From positions 51,084-115,083 of the IMG/VR virus record IMGVR_UViG_3300032245_000795: a stretch of DNA of 64,000 nt; one strand, given 5' to 3'. Of the stretch, positions 29,584-39,169 are shown piece by piece. The notes under the pieces were generated by a model, which saw only the letters and a list, made by a program, of their open reading frames with translations, was not told where the DNA came from and ran no database searches. The translations under genes were made by a program, and so were the position numbers. The stretch is from a virus. The stretch's first letter is position 1. Each line of letters begins with the position of its first letter.

Positions 29584-31345
29584 TTTTCTTGAAGCACTAC
29601 AGGATGATCATTTTAATGAAATGCCAGTAGACGCAAGAACTTTTGTTGAAGGTGAAGCATATCTTGGACAGCCACCGTTATCTGATATTCAGTACGATAT
29701 TGTTGAAGCAATGAGTCAGATCTATCGCAAAGAAGACCTAATTAATATTATGGGTGAAGAAAAGGGTACACAATATTATAACAAGTACACAAAGAATGAA
29801 ATCATCCTGCAACTTGGCAAGGGATCTGGAAAAGACTTCACATCAACTGTAGCATGCTCATACATTGTATACAAACTTTTGTGTTTAAAAGATCCAGCAA
29901 AATATTTTGGTAAGCCCTCTGGAGATGCTATTGATCTAATCAACGTTGCTATTAACGCACAACAAGCAAAGAATGTTTTCTTTAAGGGTTTTAAGTCAAA
30001 GATTGAAAGGTCTCCTTGGTTTGTTGGTAAATATTATGCAAAAGCAGACTCAGTTGAGTTTGACAAATCAATCACTGTTTACTCTGGACACTCAGAACGT
30101 GAGTCGCATGAGGGTTTAAATTTATTGCTTGCAGTACTTGATGAGATTTCTGGTTTTGCATCTGAAGTTGGAACAGGGAATGAACAAGGAAAGACTGCTG
30201 ACAACATATACAAGGCTTTTCGTGGTTCAGTAGACTCTCGCTTCCCTGACTTAGGCAAGGTTGTTTTGCTTTCATTTCCAAGATATCCAGGAGACTTTAT
30301 TTCAGAAAGATATGAGGATGTTATTGCTGAAAAAGAGGTTATAGAAAGAACACACAAGTTTACAATTAATCCATTGCTTCCAGAAGATAACCCAGATAAC
30401 TCGTTTGAAATTTCGTGGGATGAGGATCAAATAACATCATACAAATACCCTGGAGTATTCGCACTAAAAAGACCTACATGGGAAGTAAACCCTACACGAA
30501 AGATTGATGATTTTATGATTGCATTCATGACTGATCTTGGAGATGCAATGATGCGTTTTGCTTGTGTTCCAACCTTTGCATCCGACGCATTTTTTAAGCA
30601 GGCAGACAAGGTAAGAGCATGCATGACACTACGAAATCCAGTAGATACATTTAAAAGGTTTGATGAAACATTCAAGCCAGACCCAACAAAAAAATATTAT
30701 GTACATGCTGACCTTGCACAAAAGCACGACAAGTGTGCTGTTGCTATTGCTCACGTAGAAAAATGGGTAAATATTCAAGTAATCAATAATTATGAACAGG
30801 TAGCGCCAATTGTAGTGGTAGATGCAGTAGCATGGTGGGAGCCCAAGATAGAAGGACCTGTCAATCTTTCAGAAGTTAAGCAGTGGATTCAAAACCTTAG
30901 AAGGCTTGGGTTTGATATTGGAATGGTTTCATTTGACCGTTGGCAATCATTTGATATTCAGAATGAGTTAAAGCAGGTTGGAATGAGAACTGATACTGTT
31001 TCTGTTGCTAAGAAGCATTATGAAGACATGGCTATGCTTGTTTATGAGGAAAGACTTGCTATGCCAGCAATTGATTTATTGTTTGATGAATTAACACAGT
31101 TAAAGATTATGAAAAATGATAGAGTTGACCACCCACGTAAAAAGTCAAAGGATTTGGCCGATGCTGTGTGTGGTGCTATTTTTGGGGCCATATCACATAC
31201 CCCTAAAAATATAGACACTGAGGTAGAGGTTCATACCTTTAGAGACAGATCTAAGCGAGTTGACGAACTGCCTGAGAACGTGATACAATATAAACCTATG
31301 CCAGATGATGTAAAAGACTATCTGGATAGATTTAATCTACTATAA
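29573..31345 (+). CDS. terL: Terminase large subunit
   Basis: Walker A GKGSGKD, Walker B AVLDE, nuclease HADLA...FDRWQS...DHP...KDLADA. Confidence 0.9.
   Translation: MFNDFLEALQDDHFNEMPVDARTFVEGEAYLGQPPLSDIQYDIVEAMSQIYRKEDLINIMGEEKGTQYYNKYTKNEIILQLGKGSGKDFTSTVACSYIVYKLLCLKDPAKYFGKPSGDAIDLINVAINAQQAKNVFFKGFKSKIERSPWFVGKYYAKADSVEFDKSITVYSGHSERESHEGLNLLLAVLDEISGFASEVGTGNEQGKTADNIYKAFRGSVDSRFPDLGKVVLLSFPRYPGDFISERYEDVIAEKEVIERTHKFTINPLLPEDNPDNSFEISWDEDQITSYKYPGVFALKRPTWEVNPTRKIDDFMIAFMTDLGDAMMRFACVPTFASDAFFKQADKVRACMTLRNPVDTFKRFDETFKPDPTKKYYVHADLAQKHDKCAVAIAHVEKWVNIQVINNYEQVAPIVVVDAVAWWEPKIEGPVNLSEVKQWIQNLRRLGFDIGMVSFDRWQSFDIQNELKQVGMRTDTVSVAKKHYEDMAMLVYEERLAMPAIDLLFDELTQLKIMKNDRVDHPRKKSKDLADAVCGAIFGAISHTPKNIDTEVEVHTFRDRSKRVDELPENVIQYKPMPDDVKDYLDRFNLL
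31260..31289 (+). promoter_or_regulatory. Promoter TTGACG-18-TACAAT inside the terL 3' end
   Basis: Near-consensus boxes with extended TG; upstream of the secreted protein gene. Confidence 0.5.
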
Positions 31346-31362
31346 ATAAGGAGAAATACCGA

Positions 31363-32502
31363 ATGAATTCATTCAAGAAAATCGCACTAGCCATGGTTGC
31401 AGCCATGACTTTGGGCACAATCGTAGCAACACCTGCAAGTGCTGCTGTAATGACAGTCGCTGTATCGCTTGACTCTGTAGCAAATACTACAGCATCAGCA
31501 ATTGCAACGCCTGCATCATTACCAGTCCCTGCAGACAATTCAGTTGACGCTGCTGACGCACTTAAGTTCGTCGCAACTGTTGACGTAGGAACAAGCGTTT
31601 CTGTTTCAACAACAAATGCAACAATCGTGTCTGCACTACACACATCTGCTGCACCAGTAGGAGCAACATCAGGATCATCATCTTTGACAATTGCAACTGG
31701 TACAGGAACAACAGCAACATTTTATGTCTACACAAAGACAACGGCAATTGGCACAGTTGTAATTAACAACGGTGGAACAACTCTTACATACTATGTACAG
31801 GGAACTGCTGGCAAGATTAACTCTCTTGTAGTCTCTGCACCTACATCAGGTGCTGCTGGAACAAAGCAGGACATCACAGTAACTGCAACAGATACATTTG
31901 GTAACAAGGTATCAGGTAAGTCAATTACTGCAACAGTATTTGCTGCGACAGCAACACTAGATACAGCAACAGCAACAACTGGTGCTACACTTTCAGACTT
32001 TGGAGTTGCTACATTTAAGGCAACACTTCCAACAACTGGTACACGATCACTAATCACATTTGCACCAACAACTTCAACAGATGCAACATCTGCAGATGTA
32101 GTTGGACTACCTGCTCGTGCACTAGCACCATTTGCAGAAATCGCAGTTCGTGATCTAGTATCAGAACTTGCTGCACAGACTGCTGCTAAGGATGCAGCAC
32201 TTGCTGCTAAGGCTGTAGCAGATGCTGCAGTTCTAAAGGCTGCTTCTGATGCTGCTGCTGCTAAGGTCGCTTCAGATGCTGCTCTTGCAGCAGAGAAGGC
32301 TGCTTCTGCTAAGGCTCTTGCTGATGCAAAGGTTGCTTCAGATAAGGCACTTGCAGATGCAAAGGTTGCACACGATGCAGTCGTTGCTAAGTTGACAGCA
32401 GATAATGCTGCAGCAATCAAGTCACTTAAGGATGCTTTCAACAAGTTGGCTCGCCAATGGAATGCAAAGAATCCAAAGGCTAAGGTTACTCTTGTTAAGT
32501 AA
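31363..32502 (+). CDS. Secreted Ala/Thr-rich Ig-like (invasin/S-layer-like) protein with C-terminal coiled coil
   Basis: Sec signal MNSFKKIALAMVAAMTLG...ASA; VTATDTFGNKV Ig motif; Ala-rich helical tail. Confidence 0.7.
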   Translation: MNSFKKIALAMVAAMTLGTIVATPASAAVMTVAVSLDSVANTTASAIATPASLPVPADNSVDAADALKFVATVDVGTSVSVSTTNATIVSALHTSAAPVGATSGSSSLTIATGTGTTATFYVYTKTTAIGTVVINNGGTTLTYYVQGTAGKINSLVVSAPTSGAAGTKQDITVTATDTFGNKVSGKSITATVFAATATLDTATATTGATLSDFGVATFKATLPTTGTRSLITFAPTTSTDATSADVVGLPARALAPFAEIAVRDLVSELAAQTAAKDAALAAKAVADAAVLKAASDAAAAKVASDAALAAEKAASAKALADAKVASDKALADAKVAHDAVVAKLTADNAAAIKSLKDAFNKLARQWNAKNPKAKVTLVK

Positions 32503-32515
32503 TTAGTCCAACATT

Positions 32516-32548
32516 AAAGGGGTTGCCAATTACGGTAGCCCTTTTTTT
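32516..32548 (+). terminator. Intrinsic terminator
   Basis: GGGTTGCC/GGTAGCCC stem followed by T7. Confidence 0.8.
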
Positions 32549-32606
32549 GTGCAATAAAATGGTATAATCATCCTATCAGACATCCAGTCTGCAAGGGGGA
32601 AGGCAA

Positions 32607-34784
32607 ATAAAACGATTAATACGCATAGTAACAGCGACAGTTTTAGCCTTTGGCTGGCTATTTATATCCCCAACAGAGGCTCATTCTGATGACCCCCTCA
32701 CAGTTGCAGCCAAGCAGATTCAAAACCTTAATAGCGCAGTAGATAAACTAGACTATAAAGATGGTCTAATTAATATGATTGACATAGCAGAAAATAAGTT
32801 CATGTATGCTAAAAATCTGCGGGATGTCAGAGATGAAACAATTGCAGATTATGAGGATGCAGTAGAGGCAGAAGAGTTAGCCTTAGATGCAGTAGACCTT
32901 GCTCAGTCAAATGTAGATGGCCAGACAGTAACAGTAGAACTTTCTTTTAATTATAAAGAGGATGCCCTACAAGACAAGAACGATGCACAGGATGCTCTCA
33001 ACATAGCCAACATCAACCTTCAAACGGCGCAATCAAATATGCAGAGTGCTGGAGGAGAAGGTTTGGCATATACTGTTTATACTCTTGTTAGACAGGGTAA
33101 TGTTGCTACCCCAGGATATGTGCTTTGTTCTGGTACTTGGAACTCAAACTATATGAGCCTTCCAGTTTGTGGTAATAGATATGAAAACTTTATAGTTAAA
33201 TTTACTGGACAGATAACAGTTCCAGAATGGTTCACATCAACAAAATTTGCAGGTTACACAGATGATGGTTTTAGGATGTATATTGATGGAAACCTTGCCA
33301 TTAATAACTGGAAGGAACAGGGAACAACATGGAGTCAATACTCTCCAATATATGATGTAACCACAGATAAAACATTTGATGTAGAGATTTGGTGGTACAA
33401 CGGTGGAGGACCAGGATCTTATCATCTTGGATGGGGAATACCCTATGATTCATCTGGCAGTTTAGGTTGGACGGGTGCAGGTTGCGACTATGCTGGAAAT
33501 CCAAGAGTGTGGGGACAAAACTTTAGTTGTAATCTTGATACATTTTCTTCTGGATCTGGACCAACACAAGCACAAACAGATGCTTACAATGAAGCACTTG
33601 CAACAAGAAATGCAGCACAGCAAGACTACAACAATGCTTTGTCAGAATATAATGACAAATTAAATGTTTATAACCAAGAGACTGCAACACTAAATTCATT
33701 AAATCAAACATTAACTAATAAAGAATCTGAATATGACAACGCAGTAAATGATACAGCAGATGCTTTGTCTGAAAAGAATAATGCCATAAATGATTTTAAT
33801 AATGCAGTCAATGATGTAAATGGTGCAATTGATGACGCATGGCGTTACTATGATGAGCAATCACAAAGAGAAATTCAAAGAGCAATTGCTCAAGCAGCAG
33901 CCAACGCTGCAGCAAACCAGCCTAAACCAGAACCTTCTCCAAAGCCAACTGTTGAACCAGAAAAGCCAAAGCCTTCCCCACCACCAACAGATAAGCCAGA
34001 ACCAAAGCCAACTAACAATACCGCTACAGAAGAACCAGGACCAAAGCCTACACAGCCAGGACCAAAGCCAGAGCCACCAAAAGAGGAGCCTAAGCCTGAG
34101 CCAACAAAGCCAGAAGAGCCTAAGCCTACACCTGCCCCAAGCCCTGAACCAAAGCCAGAGCCCTCTCCAGAGCCTCCTGTTGAGCCCTCTCCAGAGCCTA
34201 AGCCACTTCCAAGACCAGACTTTAAGCCAGCAGAAAATATTGATCCAGCAATTAAGGATGCAGAATTAGCAGCATTGATTCCACAAAAGGGTACAGGAAA
34301 TTCAGAAGATCTTTCTGGAGTTATAGCAAACCTTACAAGTAAGGATAATAAATTAGTTAAACTTTCTGTTGAGCAAACAGCAGCAGTTAGCCAAACACTT
34401 AAGTCTTTAACACAAGAGGCAAAGGCTGAAGTAGCAGCAGACCTGGGTATTGCACCAGCAGAAGTTGCAAAGGTGGCGGAGGCAATGAAGTCAAACCCTG
34501 CAGTAGCAGCAGCATTTGTTGAGTTCGCAGAAAGAGCAGGGGATGCAGGAGATACCCCAATGCCATTTACATTAGCAGATGCAACAACAGAAGTACAAAC
34601 AGAAGCATTCTTAGCAGACCCACTTGGAGCAGTGTTTAAAGTGGATGTTACAGAACTCCTATCCAATTTTTCTGAGTTGGGTATGGATATGACAGACGAT
34701 CAGAGAGAAAAAGCACAAGAAGTAATTGTCCCAGTGGTCATTGCATCACAAATTGCAGGGGCAGTAATAAGGAGGAACAAATGA
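32607..34784 (+). CDS. Secreted/surface protein: coiled coil, PA14 domain, Pro-rich linker; probable ATA start
   Basis: TDDGFRMYIDG...NW..QG...WYNGGG PA14 motif and PEPK repeats. The frame extends upstream of ATG 32775 into a signal peptide. Confidence 0.7.
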   Translation: MKRLIRIVTATVLAFGWLFISPTEAHSDDPLTVAAKQIQNLNSAVDKLDYKDGLINMIDIAENKFMYAKNLRDVRDETIADYEDAVEAEELALDAVDLAQSNVDGQTVTVELSFNYKEDALQDKNDAQDALNIANINLQTAQSNMQSAGGEGLAYTVYTLVRQGNVATPGYVLCSGTWNSNYMSLPVCGNRYENFIVKFTGQITVPEWFTSTKFAGYTDDGFRMYIDGNLAINNWKEQGTTWSQYSPIYDVTTDKTFDVEIWWYNGGGPGSYHLGWGIPYDSSGSLGWTGAGCDYAGNPRVWGQNFSCNLDTFSSGSGPTQAQTDAYNEALATRNAAQQDYNNALSEYNDKLNVYNQETATLNSLNQTLTNKESEYDNAVNDTADALSEKNNAINDFNNAVNDVNGAIDDAWRYYDEQSQREIQRAIAQAAANAAANQPKPEPSPKPTVEPEKPKPSPPPTDKPEPKPTNNTATEEPGPKPTQPGPKPEPPKEEPKPEPTKPEEPKPTPAPSPEPKPEPSPEPPVEPSPEPKPLPRPDFKPAENIDPAIKDAELAALIPQKGTGNSEDLSGVIANLTSKDNKLVKLSVEQTAAVSQTLKSLTQEAKAEVAADLGIAPAEVAKVAEAMKSNPAVAAAFVEFAERAGDAGDTPMPFTLADATTEVQTEAFLADPLGAVFKVDVTELLSNFSELGMDMTDDQREKAQEVIVPVVIASQIAGAVIRRNK
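33921..34230 (+). repeat. Pro-rich PEPK/PEPS low-complexity linker
   Basis: Repeated ccagag/aagcca units. Confidence 0.8.
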
Positions 34785-35008
34785 AGATAATCAAAAAAGC
34801 CTTTAATCTCTTAGGTAAAATTCTAAAGGGATTAATTAAATGGTTTAAAGACGCAGGAATGGAATTAATTGCACAGGCATTCACCCTCCTTGGCTTCTTT
34901 ATTGCATGGCTAACTTTGACGGGATCAGCAAGAGATATTGTTGGACTTGCAGTACTTGCAACCACAGTAATCTGGCTTATAACAATCCCGCTAAGAAAGG
35001 AGGACTAA
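34781..35008 (+). CDS. Small two-TM membrane protein
   Basis: Two hydrophobic helices. Confidence 0.6.
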   Translation: MKIIKKAFNLLGKILKGLIKWFKDAGMELIAQAFTLLGFFIAWLTLTGSARDIVGLAVLATTVIWLITIPLRKED

Positions 35009-35010
35009 AT

Positions 35011-35295
35011 ATGGCAACTAAAAAGGTAGTAGAGCCTCCTAAGAAGGAGCACCCACAAAAGGCAATCACAAATATCTTGATGAGAATAGTAGCAGTCTTT
35101 GCAGCATCTGGTCTATCAGTACTTGGTGCTGGAGCAGTTGTAGGAATTGACACAGTTCAAGCAGTATTCTTAGCAGGACTATTAGGCGTAGCAACAGTAA
35201 TTGAAAGACTAGCAAGGGCTTTTTTGGACGATGGAAAACTCACATTGGCAGAGATCAATGATGCGTTTAAAACGGTAGACAAAAAGGCTAATTAG
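35011..35295 (+). CDS. Membrane protein, holin-like
   Basis: Two TM segments; DDGKLT.AEIN tail; AGGAGG RBS. Confidence 0.5.
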   Translation: MATKKVVEPPKKEHPQKAITNILMRIVAVFAASGLSVLGAGAVVGIDTVQAVFLAGLLGVATVIERLARAFLDDGKLTLAEINDAFKTVDKKAN

Positions 35296-35311
35296 TAATT
35301 ATTGACGGTAG

Positions 35312-35372
35312 TTGACAGCCCTCTCTGGGCAATGGTATACTTAAGTATCACCTATCTGGAGAGGGCTCTGTT
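35312..35372 (+). promoter_or_regulatory. TTGACA-18-TATACT promoter flanked by an inverted repeat covering the RBS
   Basis: AGCCCTCTCTGGG (35317-35329) pairs with TCTGGAGAGGGCT (35355-35367). Confidence 0.7.
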
Positions 35373-35897
35373 ATGACCTGTATTGTTGCTTTACGCCATG
35401 AAGAAAAAGTTTATATGGCAGGAGATCGTGGAGCATCAGATGACGGTGTTATTCTTGCACTTGAATCTCCAAAGGTTTGGAAAGTTGGACCTTACTTAAT
35501 TGGATATGCTGGCTCAATGGATGGCGACAGAATTAGACACAACTTCAGACCATCGGCACCTAACATTAAAGACACAGACAAATATATGCACACCAAGTTC
35601 ATTAAGGAACTTCGTGAATTTTATAATGAGTTCTGGGTTGATACATCTAAAGATGGCGAACTTAGTTTGATCATTGGTATTCGTGGAGAAATATATGAAC
35701 ATAGTTCTGGAGATATGTCTTTATCTAAATATTCATTACCATATGTTTCTATAGGCTCTGGATCAGAATATGCATATGGAGTTATGTATGCAACAGATAA
35801 GCAAAAAAATGCAAGGAATAGAGTTCAGCAAGCAGTTTCTGCAGCAATTAAATTTAATCCATCGTGCATGGGTCCAGTTGACATCATAAGTGCTTAG
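35373..35897 (+). CDS. Ntn-hydrolase, HslV/proteasome beta-like peptidase
   Basis: M-T-CIVA start, MAGD, GYAGS, IGSGSEYA. Confidence 0.8.
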   Translation: MTCIVALRHEEKVYMAGDRGASDDGVILALESPKVWKVGPYLIGYAGSMDGDRIRHNFRPSAPNIKDTDKYMHTKFIKELREFYNEFWVDTSKDGELSLIIGIRGEIYEHSSGDMSLSKYSLPYVSIGSGSEYAYGVMYATDKQKNARNRVQQAVSAAIKFNPSCMGPVDIISA

Positions 35898-35912
35898 GGG
35901 TATAATTGTTAT

Positions 35913-36131
35913 ATGAACGAAGAATTTGAAGAGATTTTAAAAGACATTCAAAATATAGAATCAGATTTTGATGAATTTGAAATTTGGCTTGATAACGGTA
36001 TTCAGCGTGGTTGGATAACAGAGCCATTCTGCAACACTCATGAAGGAGATCCTTACATGACAGAAGAAGAAGAAGCAGAGTGGGAAGAGGGCGGAGACCC
36101 TTGCCAATTAGTTTTAAAAATAAAACAATAA
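35913..36131 (+). CDS. Small acidic hypothetical protein (leaderless)
   Basis: TATAAT-N6-ATG; CNTH...DPC. Confidence 0.6.
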   Translation: MNEEFEEILKDIQNIESDFDEFEIWLDNGIQRGWITEPFCNTHEGDPYMTEEEEAEWEEGGDPCQLVLKIKQ

Positions 36132-36147
36132 AAATGAGGAGAACAAA

Positions 36148-37038
36148 ATGAAAAAGTTACTACTATCACTACTATCAATCGCAGTTGCATTTACAGCAAT
36201 AACACCAGCACAAGCACAAGATGAAAGGGTCTTAGCAATTATTGACACAGCAATTAATGCAAAGAACTTTCCATCAATTATCCACGAGGTTTGCTTTACT
36301 ACTGTAAAGTCAAAAGATCCAAAGCAGGATATGTCTTGCCCTAATGGAGAATACTTTATGGAAGGTCCAGGAGCAGCCAGTGCTCCATGGCCAACACCTG
36401 CTACTGATAAGATGTGGCTTAACAACGCAACTTTTCACGGAGATCAAATGGTAAAGTCTGCACTAACAGTTGATCCAAATTTAAAGATTGTATTTATTAG
36501 ATTTAATGATGTTACAAGTCTTGGAAACTCAAGAGGAGACATCAAAGCACTGACTTCAGCAATGGACTGGGTATCAAAAAATGCAGGAAAGTACAGCATC
36601 GATGCTTTATCAATTAGTCAGTCATCAGTAAGTACAGCAAACCTTGCCTTATGCTCAACAAGCACAGTAGCAATTAATGCAGTAGCATCCTTAAATGCAA
36701 ACAACATTCCAGTATTTGCTGCAACAGGAAATGATAAAAGAAAAGATGTTGTAGGATTCCCTTCATGCGTTAACGGTGTGATTGGTGTAGGAGCATTAGG
36801 AAGTGCAACACAACTTGAAGGATTAACAAACACAGGTCCTGGTCTTGATATGGTTGCATTTGGTAAGGTAAGCATCACGAAGTATAATGGTTCGCCAATC
36901 GATACTGCTGGAAGTTCTGTAGCAACTGCAGTATCTGCAGCATCATACGTAAACAAAAATACAAATAAAACTTTTGGAGAATATCTACTATCTCTTTCAA
37001 AGATTTTAATTAACAACGTATCATATATTCGTAACTAA
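36148..37038 (+). CDS. Secreted subtilisin-like (S8) peptidase
   Basis: Signal peptide; AIIDT, FHG, AATGN and AGSSVAT catalytic motifs. Confidence 0.8.
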   Translation: MKKLLLSLLSIAVAFTAITPAQAQDERVLAIIDTAINAKNFPSIIHEVCFTTVKSKDPKQDMSCPNGEYFMEGPGAASAPWPTPATDKMWLNNATFHGDQMVKSALTVDPNLKIVFIRFNDVTSLGNSRGDIKALTSAMDWVSKNAGKYSIDALSISQSSVSTANLALCSTSTVAINAVASLNANNIPVFAATGNDKRKDVVGFPSCVNGVIGVGALGSATQLEGLTNTGPGLDMVAFGKVSITKYNGSPIDTAGSSVATAVSAASYVNKNTNKTFGEYLLSLSKILINNVSYIRN

Positions 37039-37043
37039 ATAAT

Positions 37044-37070
37044 AGTCCTAGGCATGACTTAAAACTGCCC
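37044..37070 (+). ncRNA. H-type pseudoknot motif, copy 1
   Basis: AGTC/GACT and GGCA/TGCC stems with a TAAAAC loop; between the S8 stop and tRNA-Asn. Confidence 0.55.
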
Positions 37071-37073
37071 TAT

Positions 37074-37146
37074 TGCCCTATAACTCAGTTGGTAGAGTGC
37101 CGAACTGTTAATTCGGATGTCCCTGGATCGAGGCCAGGTGGGGCAG
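37074..37146 (+). tRNA. tRNA-Asn(GUU)
   Basis: Cloverleaf; CCGAA-CTGTTAA-TTCGG anticodon arm; T-loop reads ATCGAGG. Confidence 0.9.
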
Positions 37147-37187
37147 CGTGATATAATTGTATTGTCATACCTACAAGGAGGAATCAA

Positions 37188-37832
37188 ATGGCAGCAAAAG
37201 GCAGTGTAGAAGCAATCATTGAGGTTGCAAAAAAGGAAGTGGGCACAATTGAAGGCCCAAAGGATAATGAAACAAAGTACGGTGCATGGATTAAAGTAAA
37301 CTTCCAACCATGGTGTCAGTCATTTGTTTCTTGGTCAGCATTTACTGCAGGGGTAAAATCATTCCCTAAGACTGCATCAACAGTAGCAGCAGCAGATTGG
37401 TTTAAGAAAGCAGAGCGTTGGTCAGATGCTCGTAACGATGACCCACAAGCAGGAGACTGGATTTATTTTGATTTTCCAGAAGATGGTGTGAATCGCATTT
37501 CACATGTTGGTCTTTGTATTAAGAATAATGGAGATGGAACCATTCAAGTTATTGAAGGAAACACTTCAGGAACCGCAAAAGGAGATCAGCGCAACGGAGG
37601 AATGTGCGTTGAGAAAACTCGTGGCTATGTAAAGAATAACAAGAAGAAGTTAGTTAATGCTGTAGTCGGTTGGGGTCGTCCAGTTTATGCTGGTGAAGAA
37701 AACGCTCCACTACTAAATAAGGTCGCAGTATCTGTTAAACCAGCACCTGCTAAACCATCAGCACCAAAAGAAATTAAATCAGTAGCAAAAAAGTCTTCTG
37801 GTGGCGGAGGAAAGGGCTCTGTGGCCCTATAA
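37188..37832 (+). CDS. CHAP-domain amidase/endopeptidase (endolysin)
   Basis: PWCQSFVSW, PQAGD, SHVG, IEGNT. Confidence 0.88.
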   Translation: MAAKGSVEAIIEVAKKEVGTIEGPKDNETKYGAWIKVNFQPWCQSFVSWSAFTAGVKSFPKTASTVAAADWFKKAERWSDARNDDPQAGDWIYFDFPEDGVNRISHVGLCIKNNGDGTIQVIEGNTSGTAKGDQRNGGMCVEKTRGYVKNNKKKLVNAVVGWGRPVYAGEENAPLLNKVAVSVKPAPAKPSAPKEIKSVAKKSSGGGGKGSVAL

Positions 37833-38050
37833 TGGAATCAACTAAAAGAACTTTGCTAAAGACAGCAAGTTGGGAAACTTTTCATCTTCTTGGTGTTGCT
37901 GGTATTATTTCTCTTGTAACATGGAGAATAACTGGAGAAGTAGATTATGAATATGCAAGTCTTGGGGCATTAGGATATATTGCTTGGGAGGCACTTGGAT
38001 ATTTCTTGCATGAAAGAGTTTGGGTTAGGTTTGGAAAGGGTATAAAGTAA
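37832..38050 (+). CDS. DUF2061-like small membrane protein
   Basis: RTLLKTASW...YFLHERVW. Confidence 0.7.
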   Translation: MESTKRTLLKTASWETFHLLGVAGIISLVTWRITGEVDYEYASLGALGYIAWEALGYFLHERVWVRFGKGIK

Positions 38051-38160
38051 TGCGTATTAAAATTATTAAGTTTGTTGTAAAATCTTTAGGCTACGAGTGG
38101 TCTGGAGATGAACTCAAACTGCCAGTATGGTATGTAAAAGAAAAGAAAAAATCTAAATAA

Positions 38161-38346
38161 ATGGCATTATACGAGTACGACTGCATGCCCTGTGGTAAAC
38201 GGTATATAAAAGAAAGATCAATTAAAGACAACGATCCAGGATATAATTGTGAAACTTGCAATCTACCGCTGGTTCGTGTATACTCTAATGTAGGAGCAGT
38301 ATTCAACGGTAGTGGATTCTATTCCACTGATAACAGAAAGAAGTAG
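38161..38346 (+). CDS. FmdB-family zinc ribbon protein
   Basis: YEYDCMPCG...CETC...FNGSGFYSTD. Confidence 0.85.
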   Translation: MALYEYDCMPCGKRYIKERSIKDNDPGYNCETCNLPLVRVYSNVGAVFNGSGFYSTDNRKK

Positions 38347-38350
38347 TATA

Positions 38351-38578
38351 ATGTTTACAATGATTAAAGATGAAGTAAAGCAAGAATGGCAACTATCTCC
38401 AGCAGATAGATGCGACAGATGCAATGCTGAGGCTTTAGTAAAGGTCTCTGGTATTAGCGGAGAACTACTATTTTGTGGTCATCACTACAACGGAATTATG
38501 AATGATAAAGAAGGATACAAAAAGATTATGTCCTTTGCTTTGACAGTACTTGATGAGCGAGAGAAACTAATCAGTTAA
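38351..38578 (+). CDS. Small zinc-binding protein
   Basis: DRCDRCNAEA...LLFCGHH. Confidence 0.65.
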   Translation: MFTMIKDEVKQEWQLSPADRCDRCNAEALVKVSGISGELLFCGHHYNGIMNDKEGYKKIMSFALTVLDEREKLIS

Positions 38579-38584
38579 AATAAT

Positions 38585-39169
38585 ATGCTAATAAATGAGA
38601 AGGAATACTCTCAAATTTTATTTGTTCACATACCAAAGACTGCTGGATCTTCAATCTCAAAGGTACTGAAAGATAATAATTTAGATAACTGGAATAGGGC
38701 ATGGCCAAGACATCATGATCCATATTCATATCTAAAAGATGTAAACAAAATTGATGGCAGTGTTTTTTCTTTTTCTGTTGTAAGAAATCCATACACAAGA
38801 ACATATAGTTGTTATAAGCAGTTCAATAAGGTTAATAAAACAGATATATCTTTTATAAAATATTTAGAAAATATTAAAGAAAACAATATATCTCCTATAA
38901 GTCCACTGCTTCATATACCACAGTCGTTCTATGTTATGGAAAATAATGTTGTTCAAGTTGACAGACTTTATAAGTTTGAAAATCTAAAGGAACTGGAAGA
39001 CGAACTTGGATGGACTCTTGGTTTTTATAACGTAGGAAACTATGTGGTAGAATCATATATGGAAGATTATACAGAGTATGCAGTAGTTATGACTCAGGAC
39101 CTCTATAGTTCTGATTTTATAAACTTTGGATACTCTAAAGATTTTAATGAAACCCTGGAGAAAAAATGA
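38585..39169 (+). CDS. Sulfotransferase family protein
   Basis: FVHIPKTAGSS (5'-PSB loop), VRNPYTRTYS, KFENL, DFINFGY. Confidence 0.88.
   Translation: MLINEKEYSQILFVHIPKTAGSSISKVLKDNNLDNWNRAWPRHHDPYSYLKDVNKIDGSVFSFSVVRNPYTRTYSCYKQFNKVNKTDISFIKYLENIKENNISPISPLLHIPQSFYVMENNVVQVDRLYKFENLKELEDELGWTLGFYNVGNYVVESYMEDYTEYAVVMTQDLYSSDFINFGYSKDFNETLEKK

Noticed and set aside
18074-31345. Inteins or introns in DnaB, DnaE, RecA or TerL
   Set aside because: Lengths are typical, motifs are contiguous, and no intein splice or LAGLIDADG signatures were seen.
31791-34666. Long antisense ORFs (31791-32444, 33890-34666; also 5826-6455)
   Set aside because: Shadows of Ala/Pro-rich sense genes with biased codons; no RBS or recognisable motifs.
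37044-37070. preQ1-I riboswitch identity for the pseudoknot motif
   Set aside because: Topology is similar, but the ligand-binding loop consensus is not evident and copies lie at 3' ends rather than before queuosine genes. Not formally excluded without cmscan.
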